Shown here one piece after another: positions 40,474 to 53,141 of a DNA stretch of 64,000 nt; position 1 is the stretch's first letter, and every line of letters starts with the position of its first letter. The translations under genes were made by a program, and so were the position numbers. Source of the DNA: Octopus vulgaris (Eukaryota); assembly GCA_951406725.2 (NCBI GenBank), contig OX597824.1, forward strand, positions 92,628,001 to 92,692,000, in the 5' to 3' direction. The notes beneath the pieces are model-generated. The model was not told where the DNA came from. It ran no database searches and was given only the letters and a program-made list of their open reading frames with translations.

Positions 40474-40520
40474 GTATATATATATACGTATATATATATA
40501 TATATATATATATATACGTA

Positions 40521-40574
<54 letters not shown>

Positions 40575-40588
40575 CGTATGTTTGTATA

Positions 40589-40775
40589 CAATTATAAGTA
40601 AGGGCAAAAACAAATAAAAAGTCTTTGCCAATATGTTGGGAAATAAACGCTAAACCGCCAAACCACATAAAATATTTTCACTTATGTTATTACAACACGG
40701 GGTTAGACGATCTAGCGTATATTTTTCAGCATATTGGGAAAAAATTTTTTTTTATTTTGCGCTTATTTATAATTG
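40589..40775. mobile_element. Fold-back element with a ~75-bp imperfect inverted repeat
   Basis: 40589-40664 is the approximate reverse complement of 40701-40775. Confidence 0.7.
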
Positions 40776-40842
40776 AACTTATAATTTTTACCTTTAAAGG
40801 TATTTTTCATATGCTGACCACCGATAGAAAATTTTTAATATG

Positions 40843-40916
<74 letters not shown>

Positions 40917-40967
40917 TTTTTTTTACTAGTTTCAGCTCAGAGCTGCGGTCATGCTGATGCACCGCCG

Positions 40968-41025
<58 letters not shown>

Positions 41026-41148
41026 ACTTATTAAAAATTATATATATATATATATATAATTTTTAATAAGTCAACATATATACATATGTATGTATATGTA
41101 TATACACATATATATATATATATAGATGTATGTATGTTTGTATGTAAT

Positions 41149-41620
41149 TAATATTCGTTGCCACTTTATCATGGCTGAACGTTCGAGTAGATTCTACAAC
41201 AACTGTTTTTAACCCTAAGAGGACCTCTCCTCTAGCTGGTTAACGATGCACAGCAGCAACCGATAGAGATGCGAGTAGGCGAGCGAACTCATACCATCAT
41301 CTTGCGACGAGACCAGCAAGCAAGTCCTAGTCTCGGGTTACTTCTGCCGTTCCTTAGTAGTGGACACCTCGCCTGTTAGAGATGATAGCTGCTCACATCT
41401 TGCTTGCAGTATAGATACTTCAAGCTAACACACAGTCGCTGATTTTACAACAAATAAAAGTACTAGTGCTAAAATTACTCTAAGAGATCAACACAGTAGG
41501 TGTACTCACAAGTAATATTCGCAGCCACTTTAACATGCCTGTCCGTTCGAGCGAATTCTATTGCGATTTTTAAACCCCTAGAAGATATCTCTTCTAGTTG
41601 ATTAACGATGGACAGCTGCA
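41149..41620. repeat. Element with ~110-bp diverged terminal direct repeats (unit ~364 bp)
   Basis: taatattcgttgccacttt..cgttcgag..ctagctggttaacgatgcacagcagca (41149-41258) matches 41513-41620. Confidence 0.65.
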
Positions 41621-41624
41621 TCAG

Positions 41625-41781
41625 CACTGGCTGTGTGGCAAGTAAATTGCTTACCAACGACATGGTTCCCGGTTCAGTCCCACTGCATGGCAACTTAAGC
41701 AAGTCTCTTATACTATACCCTTGTGTAGACTAAAGCCTTGTGAGTGGATTTAGTACACGGAAACTGAAAGAAGCCGGTCGT
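41625..41781 (+). mobile_element. SINE family B, 5' half
   Basis: tggctgtgtggcaagt..ggttcagtccc..ggaaactgaaagaagcc. Confidence 0.85.
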
Positions 41782-41784
41782 ATT

Positions 41785-41820
<36 letters not shown>

Positions 41821-41835
41821 TATATATAGATATAC

Positions 41836-41895
<60 letters not shown>

Positions 41896-41906
41896 CATTC
41901 AAAATG

Positions 41907-42064
41907 TGACCGCGTGTGTATCGTTGGCGATTTTTTCCCTCTGTCTTCCGCTCGAAACGTTAAACCCTCCTTCTTCCCTTCTTTCCTGAACGTCCAATAA
42001 TACTATATTTGTTCCACGTCCTCGCGTTGTTGTGTTTTTTGTGCTTTCTTGTTTGGATTAACTA
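41907..42064 (+). mobile_element. PLE-terminus-like mini-element (aacgcgaggacgtgg family)
   Basis: Retains gctcGAAAcgtt; inverted relative to 40243-40421. Confidence 0.7.
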
Positions 42065-42129
42065 TACAAATATATATACATATATATGTATAGTTGTGTT
42101 TCCTCACGCGCACTGTGAATAATGACTCT

Positions 42130-42400
42130 GTAAGTTTAAAATCCTTCATGAACATGAAGGATTTTATGAACAACCTCTCTGTCTGTCCTGCCCTTGAATT
42201 TAGTAGTAGCCAGGGAGGTTATTAGGGTCTGTTGTTGCTGATTCGCTGTTAGGAAACTGCTTTGATTGTAGTGGGATGGTGATTCTGGTGCTGTCAAAGT
42301 GGTGGCCGTTTTAAAAGGATTGGCATGTTATTTACTTATGCTGCTGATTTCTTTCTCATGGTTGGTTGAACATGCGATTGTCCTTATCTTAGCTGACCGT
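42130..42400 (-). pseudogene. Possible PLE GIY-YIG endonuclease C-terminal remnant
   Basis: Ordered minus-strand fragments NHEKEI..MP..GHHFDS..FIK resemble EH..I..P VAxHF..E..I; heavily frameshifted. Confidence 0.3.
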
Positions 42401-42515
42401 AAATATTCAACGCCCAGACGCATACACACATACATACGCACACATACAAACATAGACACACACACTCACTTATATATGTTCAAGTATATAAAAACACGCA
42501 CCCACACACATACAT

Positions 42516-42573
<58 letters not shown>

Positions 42574-42614
42574 TTGTCCATGTCTGTAATTATTTTTACT
42601 GTTTACCTATATAA

Positions 42615-42846
42615 CACGGCGAGCTGGCAGAAACGTTAGCACGCCGGGCGAAATGCGTAGCCGTATTTCGTCTGTCGTTACGTTCTGAGATCAAATTCCG
42701 CCGAGGTAGACTTTGCCTTTCATCTTTTCGGGGTCGATAAATAAAGTACCAGTTTCCGACTGGGGTCGATGTAATCGACTTAATCCCTTTATCTGTCCTT
42801 GTTTGTCCCCTCTCTGTTTAGCCCCTTGTGGGCAGTGAAGGAATAT
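42615..42846 (+). mobile_element. SINE family A monomer
   Basis: Complete head, core and tagccccttgtggg tail. Confidence 0.9.
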
Positions 42847-43651
42847 ATATACATGGAGATATATACATGTATATAAGTCTACATATGCATATACATAAGA
42901 ATATATGCACATACACACATATACGGATATGTACGTTCCCTCACATATATTCACATATATAAACATACCTACATTTGAACGCACATACATACACAGATGC
43001 TTATGTGTGCACACACACAGGCACATACAAACGCACACGCACATACACACACACAAACACGCACACACACGTATGTCTACTTATATACACATACGTGTGT
43101 GTGCTAATATATGAATATGTGTGTGTCTACTTATATACAAACACACATATTCATATATTAGCGATGAACTAGTCACATCGTGTAAAAGGAAGATGGTGTT
43201 CACACACGTTTTTGTATTCTTATTGTTGTCACGTTACCATATTCTGAGAAACATACGGGTTACCAGTGGAACTGGTTGAAGTGAATTCGTATTAACGTCC
43301 GTACGATGGACTGATGCTGCAGTTGAATAACCCACCATTGTTAAGCTTATTAAACATGACATTTACGTTGTGGTCACAAATTCTTATTGTGCGTAATTCT
43401 AATCCAATTTCACATTAATCTAAACAATAGCTTGTTCTGTGAGAGAATTTGTGTGCATAACAGCGAAATCTAAAATGAGTCCAATATTCCATTCAATTCG
43501 ACAGATAGAAGACAGATTCTGGCCAGGAGCAATTCGACGTTAGAATACACCGGGTCTTAAGGGAATAAAGCATATTATGTTTTCATTGCTGCTCTAAGAG
43601 TCCTTTCAAATATATATATATATATATATAAAGCCATATTAAGACGAAGGA

Positions 43652-44030
43652 AGGCTGTGAACTATCAGAACGTTAGCACGCCGGGCAAAATGCGTAGCCG
43701 TATTTCGTCTGTCGTTACGTTCCGAGATCAAATTCCGCCGAGGTCGACTTTGCCTTTCATCTTTTCAGGGTCGATAAATAAAGTACCAGTTTCCAACTGG
43801 GGTTGATATATTCGACTTAATTTGTTTGTCTGTCCTTGTCTGTCCTTGTCTGTCCCCTCTGTGTTTAGCCCCTTGTGGGTAGTAAAGAAATAGGTATTTC
43901 GTCTGCCGTTACATTCTGAGTTCAAATTCCGCCGAGGTCGGCTATGCCTTACCAGTTGCGCATTGGGGTGAACGTAATCGACTTACCCCCTTCCCGAACT
44001 TGGTACCATTGTTCCAGCAATTTGAAAGTA
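43652..44030 (+). mobile_element. SINE family A dimer
   Basis: Head plus two core units. Confidence 0.88.
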
Positions 44031-44674
44031 AAATGATTGAGAAAAGAAGTGACCTATAGAGATTACACAACCGTTACACAACCGTCGGCCAAAACGAAAA
44101 GTTTGAGAAAAATTTAGAGAGATTTACGTTACGTATTAATAACTACTCGAGAGAAAATTTTTAAATTATCTTTCGGAGTGCAATAAAATGAAGCACCAAG
44201 GAGCCAAAAGAACCTGTGTCATCCACTACACTACTTTCCGCTTAAACATATTGCGCCAATCTAATATTACTTAGCGGAGGCATCTCCGGGTTTAATAAAA
44301 TAACTTGAATGATAAATACTCAGGTTCCGAGTACAGCGAAGTCATTTCGCACGGTTATTAATAAAACTAGAAAAATAGGAAACGAATGATGTTCACACAC
44401 TCTCATATCCTTTTCTAATATATTTGTACAAGCAATAAACATTCCAGAATATCTTATATGTAATAAAACGTTCATTTTCTTCTCTTTCTTTCTTTCTTTT
44501 TTTTTTGTTTGAAGATGGAAGGCTGTGAACTATCAGAATTGTTGGCAAGCTAGGCAAAATATTTAGCGGCATGACAGAAGCGCGAGAAAGGAAATTAAAG
44601 GACAACGACCCCACTCTCTCCCCTTATATATATATATATATATATACATAAATGTAAATATATAAATATATTCA

Positions 44675-44763
<89 letters not shown>

Positions 44764-44809
44764 ATATGATATATATATAAATATATGTATATATATATGT
44801 ATTATATAT

Positions 44810-44871
<62 letters not shown>

Positions 44872-45189
44872 GTGTGTGTGTATGTATGTATATATTAGTG
44901 TGTGTGTTTGTTTGTCGGTGTGTTGGTGTGTGACTGTGTGTATGTATATATGGATATAGAGAGGGGAAGCGGAGGTTATTTGTGTGTCGACTGAAACTAA
45001 TATGGTTGTGGTAGGAGAAAAACATTGGCCGTTGTTCATGATGATCTCCATACAGGTGCTGTCTCTGCTGCCTGGTGCGATTTCATGAATCTTCCTGGTT
45101 TATTATGCTTGTAACGCATGATATTAGATACACATGCATATGCAAATAGCTGTTGCATTTATACATTTATATATGCTTGTGTGTTAGGG

Positions 45190-45237
<48 letters not shown>

Positions 45238-45245
45238 TATTTTTT

Positions 45246-45296
<51 letters not shown>

Positions 45297-45319
45297 GCAT
45301 GTACATAAAAACATACATG

Positions 45320-45354
<35 letters not shown>

Positions 45355-45488
45355 TTATGTATGTATGTATGTATGTATATATGTGTTTGTGTATATAGTA
45401 AGGATTTACAAAAACACAAAAGACGAATACGGGTGTGTAAACATCGAACAGATGAATTAGTTTAACGCTCGGTAAATGGGAAAGTCGT

Positions 45489-45519
<31 letters not shown>

Positions 45520-46151
45520 AGTATAGATACACGAATGCACAGTGTTAAGTACAGGTGTGTGTAGTTCGCTGATAGGTCAATATAAAGAGACATCGTGATA
45601 AATTTTAGTTATATCAAATGACTTAATCTCTATTTCTCTTCTAGAAATTCATAATTTTTTCTGGTAGATTATATCTATTGCTCTCTTTACACATACATAC
45701 ATATATTTATATAGATATGTACATATATGTGTGTGTGTATGTGTATGAATATGTACATGCGTGCTTCTGTCTGTGCGTTTGTGTATATCATTTAATAAAC
45801 GCAGGAATATTGCGTGAAATTCATGTTCGGATATTGCAGTAAATAAAGTGAAAGTTAAAGCATCCCGTCCAAAATTCGATATACGTTGAGTCTCATATTC
45901 GTGGCTACTCGTTCAGGAAATACGAGGGGAAAAATGGATGGTTTACGCCATTTTGAATATATACTTTTAAGCCGTTGAATGAGGTTATTCTTAGTTTTAA
46001 GTGTTTATTGTCGAGCAAGTCATCATGTAATAAACAACTATACCGAGTGAGATAGACGAAAGTACGAAATATTAAAGTTCGTTAAAGTGTGTGTTTAAAT
46101 CGGAGACGTGGACGCTTTGTTTGATAACAGGTTCTTATATATATATATAAA

Positions 46152-46380
46152 CAGAGTTGCAAAAAGTCACCCGACAGTAAATCAAAATTCCATAAATACT
46201 GTCTGCAATTCCGTATTAACTCAAATGGACAAATGTGTCGCTCAAGAACTTCAGTTTGAACAAGTTTTATGATGTCTCATATTCAAATGCTTTGATTAAA
46301 TTCATTAAGTTGTTAAAAATAAATAAATCTCGGAATGAAATGATTTTGATTTACTGTCAGGCGTCTTCTGACCAACCCTG
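46152..46380. mobile_element. Tc1/mariner-type MITE
   Basis: TIRs cagagttgcaaaaagtcacccgacagtaaatcaaaat and attttgatttactgtcaggcgtcttctgaccaaccctg-ta; TA context. Confidence 0.75.
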
Positions 46381-46476
46381 TATACATATATCACTGTTCT
46401 CGTTCTGTTAACGTTTTGGCGTTCAGACGAGTGTACTGGCATAGATGTGGCAACATTTGAAATGTTGTCGAGGTAT

Positions 46477-46548
46477 ATGCAGCTGATGAAGACAAATCAA
46501 ATATACGTTGGCAAACGTATTTTGAAGAGTCTGAAACCGGTACTGCAT
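46477..46548 (+). ncRNA. Type I hammerhead ribozyme with an intact core
   Basis: Stem I atgcag/ctgcat; CTGATGA at 46483-89; stem II agac/gtct extended by tcaaa/tttga and atacgtt/aacgtat; GAAA at 46533-36; palindromic stem III accggt; GUA site at 46540-42. Confidence 0.88.
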
Positions 46549-46730
46549 TATCTGTTTCTAGGTTTCTCATTTTTCAGATGTTCTTCCTAGAGGTAAGACA
46601 ATTTTTTTCATGTTTGTTGCACACACGCATCTTTACTAGTACGTACGCAGTGAAGCTATATATTAGCGTCGTATTTATTACGTTCGCTATTTTCCAGTAA
46701 ACATCGGTGCTTCGTTGTACCATTTATTTA

Positions 46731-46800
<70 letters not shown>

Positions 46801-46802
<2 letters not shown>

Positions 46803-46978
46803 GGAGTAAACACATAAATGTGAAACAAGGTGGAAAAAAGAGTACTCAAATACCAGGGGTAGAGTAATATGCTTTATATAAAGCAGCAGAAAACTCAACA
46901 AAACCTGTTACTCTGAACGGGAACGTGAAACTTAGAGTAACAGGTTTTGTTGAATTTCCTGCTGCTTTTAAATAAAGT
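46801..46978 (+). mobile_element. Second copy of the palindromic HHR mini-element, centre deleted
   Basis: ccggagtaaacacataaatgtg.. is the reverse complement of 37990-38065; the arms are retained and the centre has collapsed to ctctga|acgggaacgtGAAActtagagTAacag. Confidence 0.82.
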
Positions 46979-46983
46979 ATATA

Positions 46984-47051
<68 letters not shown>

Positions 47052-47149
47052 TGAAATCCATTGTATATCCAGTAGTAATTTAGGTGAATTGTAGGTCTGT
47101 AGATGAGGTGAGGTGAAGGAATTCCAAGTAGAAGTATATGTGAATGTAG

Positions 47150-47295
47150 GAGGTTTATTTCCTTGTGTTCCTTTCTGTTGAAGAGCGTCGGCTCGAAACG
47201 TAAAAGACTTTCTCCCCTCCCGAGCGCTAAACTAATAAATCGATTTATTGCTTATACACCTGTCTTCGTCGCTTCTTTCTATAGATTTCAACTAT
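47150..47295 (+). mobile_element. PLE-terminus-like mini-element with an HHR-like fold (A6 substituted)
   Basis: 47171-47206: cttt-CTGTTGA-a-gagc-gtcg-gctc-GAAA-cg-TA-aaag. Confidence 0.65.
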
Positions 47296-47299
47296 ATTA

Positions 47300-47378
<79 letters not shown>

Positions 47379-47417
47379 TGTATGTGTGTGCGTGTCTGCA
47401 TGCATAAACATATATAC

Positions 47418-47465
<48 letters not shown>

Positions 47466-47517
47466 TATATATGCATGTATATCATATATCATATATATAA
47501 TACACACACATATATAC

Positions 47518-47563
<46 letters not shown>

Positions 47564-47591
47564 TATATAAGAGATAGATAGATAGATAGAT

Positions 47592-47625
<34 letters not shown>

Positions 47626-48088
47626 TACTTATACGTATATTCATGTGTGGTCGTGTTTGATTGTGCGTTCGTTTATAGCATATATTTATATTGTAAATCC
47701 CTATTCATAACACAGTTTGATGTGCTTCTATACACGCTAAATGACTAATATAATCAAGCCTTCTGTATGCTCGTACACTAACTTCCGATCAATGGTACAA
47801 AATTAAGAATTTTAATCCTAGATGTCATTTGACCTAATAATCACAAGCCATTGTGAAGAAGAATTTTTATAATTATGATAAAGGAACTTCGACAATTGGA
47901 AAACGTGAAGCAATGAAAGGATATGTTAGAGCTCTATTAGGTGCTACCATCTTTTGTTATTTGCATGCAAATACATTAGAAAGCATATTGAGATATATCT
48001 GTTGAGGCATGGTGCTGCGAATACAATAGATGGAGATAATTATTTAGACGCTGAGAGACAACTGATGTAGGATTTTAAAATTATCATG

Positions 48089-48127
<39 letters not shown>

Positions 48128-48689
48128 TACTGACATATGTATATAATTAACTAGAATAAAAGAATATATATTTATATATGTATATATATATATATATTTA
48201 CTGACATTTAACAAAGGAGTGCTGGGATCATAGTACATGCTAACTATATATTAATTATAATCTAAGACGAATATTATAAGTAGTAAAGCTGCCGGTGCTG
48301 TTATATATAAGCTAATAAAAATATCTAGGGATGCAAAAATTGGGTTTAATTTTATAAAACCTGGTATAAAATAATAATATGATCAGGTAAGATAGTACAC
48401 TATAGAAAGGAATAAATAGCTTAATCACTAACACCATGATGAGGAATATATATATACCTTATTAACGTTAGATAAAAGGAGATTATATAGAAATTGCTTA
48501 TTAATTCAATCATTTAAGACTAAATTGTTTATTTATTAGGTGGTATATATAAAGACTGAAACATAGTATTAACTAGTGGAATATTGAGGCCGTAGAACAT
48601 GCAAATTATATGTTAATTATAAACTAACAGGTAGAATATATATAGCCTCAAATATGTCCTCAAATACCTTATGCACTCTGTATATATTA

Positions 48690-48744
<55 letters not shown>

Positions 48745-48756
48745 TATGTATTCTCT

Positions 48757-49065
48757 GACCCCCTTCGGTCATGAATGACCATGGGATTGCACCTAGAAAG
48801 TTACCCTCCTAGACACAAGTCCGGGCAAGGTTGTTTATGGAAGACCAGCAGTCGCCCATGCATACCAGCCTCCCCTCTCCACGCCACCAGTGTTATCCAA
48901 GGGAAAGACAAAGGTCGATACAGCTTGGTACCAGTGACGTCGCAACTCATTTCTACAGCTGAGTGAACTAGAGCAATGTGAAATAAAGTGCCTTGCTCAA
49001 GAACACAACACGCAGCCCGGTCCGGGATTCGAGCTCACAACCTCACGATCGTAAGCTCGACGCTC
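48757..49065 (-). mobile_element. SINE family C, 5'-truncated
   Basis: Reverse complement of 29604-29943, lacking the A box. Confidence 0.92.
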
Positions 49066-49113
49066 ATATATACATGTATATGTATATATATAAATATATA
49101 TTTATATATATAA

Positions 49114-49431
49114 GTGAAGGCGCATGGCTCAGTGGTTAGAGCGTCGAGCTTACGATCGTGAGGTTGTCAGCTCGAATCCCGGACCGGGCTGCGTATTGTG
49201 TTCTTGAGTAAGACACTTTACTTCACGTTGCTCCAGTTCACTCAGCTGTAGTAATGAGTTGCGACGTCACAGGTGCCAAGCTGTATCGACCTTTGTCTTT
49301 CCCTTGGATAACACTGGTGGTGTGGAGAGGGAAGGCCGGTATGCATGGGCGACTGCTGGTCTTCCATAAACTACCTTGCCCAGACTTGTGACTAGGAGGG
49401 TAACTTCCTAGTGTCGTGACCGAAGGGGGTC
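49114..49431 (+). mobile_element. SINE family C
   Basis: Full head; small deletion near the 3' end. Confidence 0.92.
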
Positions 49432-49635
49432 CCGAATATTTATATATATATACATATATACATATGTATATATATATATATATATATATACATATATGTA
49501 TACGTATATACGTATATATATATATATACATATATGTATACGTATATATATATATACACATATATGTTTGTATATATATGTATATATATATACACATATA
49601 TTTATGAATATATATACACCTATATGCATATGCAC

Positions 49636-49710
<75 letters not shown>

Positions 49711-50654
49711 GTATATATATGTATGTACACACATATATGTATAAATATACATTTATGGTTGTACGCCAAAGAGCCTTCCCAGAACTAAGACACGAATATC
49801 AATGCTTTATCTACTCTTACTATGGTTATCTATGAATAAAAACAACGGATAATAATGCAAGTAATCTCCACAAAACATGAAGCCATGAAAAATGCGTGAA
49901 TTCCTTCATCAGCTGCCAAACGGATATCAATGTTTTCGACCCCTGAGAGGTGCAGTTCAACCATGAGTTATGTACAGCGTTAAAAACGTAAACGCTATCA
50001 TGAAAACTATAATAATCAGCAGTTGTGAAAGAATTACATAACATGTGTTTTACTCCAACTCTGCTTTGCAAGTATACAATTAGTATGAACGAGTTACTAA
50101 ACAGTACAAATAACGTACTCCGAAAAAAGGACATTGTGATTTTAAATATTATAATACAAAAGAAAAATGGAAACATGCTATTCAACCTTTGGTACTCGTA
50201 TTAATAGAGCCAGCCTAAAGAAGAAACAACCACGAACTTAAAACATATAGACCATACAAGGCGCATAAGCTACTAGATATGTTATTTATCAATGGAGATC
50301 TTATCACAAACATGATACCATGCCAGAAATAAACCCAATAAAAATCTACTGGGACAATATATAACAGATGCAACGTCCTCGAACAATGTACAAGGGAAAA
50401 GATAAGCATTGATCAATATCTATAAAATATGTTCAATATTACAAAATGAAATAACTGAATAAGTAGCCTGTAAAAATAAGATAAAAGAAGGTGGGGGTGG
50501 AAGTAGGTATTGAAATAAGTAAATGAATGAAAATAGAATTAGAATTTAATTACAGGAAAAATTAGATATCAAAAATGTATACAAAAACAATAAGGAGAGT
50601 GCAGAATCTATTTAAAACAAGTATATTTCCTACCTATGCCCTCCACATACATAC

Positions 50655-50704
<50 letters not shown>

Positions 50705-50705
50705 C

Positions 50706-50745
<40 letters not shown>

Positions 50746-50818
50746 GTATATATATATGTATATATATATATATATGTATATATAAATATGTATATATATA
50801 TATATATGTATATATGTA

Positions 50819-50855
<37 letters not shown>

Positions 50856-51082
50856 TATGTATATATATATATATTTGTATGTGTGTGTGTATATGTATGC
50901 ACTCACACACACGTACACACACCTATACATACGTACATACATACGTACATACATACAGACATGGTAGAAGTAAATAGACACACCATAAAACATCGTTTTT
51001 TATTTATCTTAAGTTGAAAAGGTTTATATTTTCTTTTAATTGACATTTTTATGTTTCAGGTTCTATATGTAAGTGTTTAACC

Positions 51083-51750
51083 ATGCTACGTACAAAAGAA
51101 GCCTTGGAACTGTCCGAATTTCAAAGAGGCCATATTGTGGGTCAGTCTGAAGGTGGACTTAGTCAACTTGAAACAGCATAAAAAATTGGGATCCCGCTTT
51201 CTGTAGTTAATAGCGTGTTTGTGTAATTCACCAGAGAGAGGAAGGAGTCCACATTACTTAGCCCAGGTCGACGGGGGCCCCTGTGACAGGAGCCTTCGCT
51301 TTGTGAAGAGATGTGTACAGGATAATCCTCTTTGCAAAGCCCCTGACATAGCAAAGTATATTGATGTTAGTCCCAGAACAGATGTCAGAAATCTCCATAA
51401 GCTTGGCTGCCTTAGCAGTGCTGGAAGAAGGAAATCATTTCTTCCGCCAGCGAATATAAAGTAGAGAAAAGATTGGGCCAGTGAGATGGTGGAGCGGTCA
51501 CTAACATTTTGGCACATTGGCATATCCTGAGATGAGTCCACATCTGCTCTATTTTCTGACGGTGGTTGAGGTGTGGGTCTGGAGATTCTGAGATCAACAC
51601 ATTAATATGAAGAGGTTGCAGCCATCAATGAAACATGATCGTTACTCTGTGATGGTCTGGGGAGTAATTTCGGGCAATGGTTGACCAGAATTTGTGGAGT
51701 GTGAGGGAAACATAAACTCAGATAAACATGTGTCCATATTAAAGATTGTG
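51083..51750 (+). pseudogene. Tc1-family transposase remnant
   Basis: MLRTKEALELSEFQRGHIVGQSEGGLS..KIGIPLSVV (paired-like HTH), later DES and VMVWG motifs; stops and frameshifts. Confidence 0.85.
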
Positions 51751-51766
51751 AATCATATATATTTAT

Positions 51767-51910
51767 AGGCGTAGGAGTGGCTGTGTGGTAAGTATCTTTC
51801 TTACGAACCACATGGCTCGGGTTCAGTCCCGCTGCGTGGCACTATAGCCTCGGGCCAACCAAAGCCTTGTGAGTGGATTTGGTAGACAGAAACTGAAAGA
51901 AACCTGTCGT
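51767..51910 (+). mobile_element. SINE family B, 5' half
   Basis: ggcgtaggagtggctgtgtggtaag..aaactgaaagaaacctgtcg. Confidence 0.85.
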
Positions 51911-52009
51911 ATATATGTATATATTTATTTTTCTCACCGTGGAAAGTACAATGATTATCATTGCCGTTGTTGACGTTCTTGTGGTATATTTTATTATTGT
52001 TGTTGCTGT

Positions 52010-52302
52010 TAGAAGAAGAAGAAGAAAGAGGAGGAGGAGGGGAGGAGAAGATGAAGATTAAGCAGAAGAAGAAGAAGAAGAAGACGAAGAAGAAGAAGAA
52101 GAAGAAGAAGAAGAAGAAGATAATAGAAGAAGAAAAATAATAATAATAATAATAATAATGATAAGAAGAAGAAGAAGAAGGAGAAAAGGTAGAAGAAGTA
52201 GAAGAAGAAGAAGAAGAAGAAGAAGAAGAAGAAGAAAAAGGAGAAGAAGAAGAAGGAGAAAAAGGAGAAGAAGAAGTTGATGATGATGATGATGATGAAG
52301 AA

Positions 52303-52335
<33 letters not shown>

Positions 52336-52360
52336 GAAGAAGAAGAAGAAGAAGAAGAAT
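52010..52360. repeat. (GAA)n/(GAT)n/(AAT)n mosaic
   Basis: Tandem repeats read directly. Confidence 0.95.
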
Positions 52361-53141
52361 TAATATCATTTATTATATTTATTATTTACTGTCCATAATT
52401 CTCCACTTTTGTTGCGCGTTATCATTTTTTCATTTGTCTTTCTAAACGAGATATCTTCTCATTCTCTTAAAACAGAAAAATCGGTATTATTTAAAATAAC
52501 TGGAATTTTATTTCACAGGAATAAGCAACCGTCAAAGAACGCATTGAATTCTTTGTTTACGGCGTTATCTCAAATCCATAGCAGTTTAATCATATTCTTT
52601 CTAATTTTTGTAGAACGCCAGGAATTTTGCAACGAATTTTTCTTCCATTTCCTCGAGCACAATATTCAAATCAAATTCTTTAAATTTTAAGTTCTTTAAA
52701 TTGTTTCAGCTTTAAAGCTGCGGTCATGTAGGGGCACCACCGTTTGTATATATTATATCAAATCTTAAAAGAAAAAAGTGAACACGGGCTTTTTAAAATC
52801 CAAGTTAGAACTTAAATTGCCGGAAAGAATACTGGTAAGAATTTATTTCTGCCGCACAAACGATTTTGCCACCTCGCCATCTCATCATGCCTTGAAGAGG
52901 TATGTGTGAATATATCAATATATCTAATATATTACTTACTACCAAGCACAATGGCACCCCGATTCCATAATAAAAGCGAAACGGCACAGGTCCGTTTTTC
53001 ACCATGAAAAATATTAACAATGGTTTCGAGTTCAGTCCCACTGCGCGGCATCATGCGAAAGTGTGTGTGCTCTACAACAGCTTAGGGCCTAGCAATAGTT
53101 GGTTGACGGAAACAGAAAGAAGCCCGTCCTATATATATATA

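Noticed and set aside
40589-40775. Peptides QHIGKDFL / QHIGKKFF resembling a PLE motif
   Set aside because: They appear on both strands because the region is an inverted repeat; no further PLE motifs.
49880-49920. Minus-strand gcag-CTGATGA-aggaat
   Set aside because: No downstream GAAA or stem I partner found; at most half of a motif.
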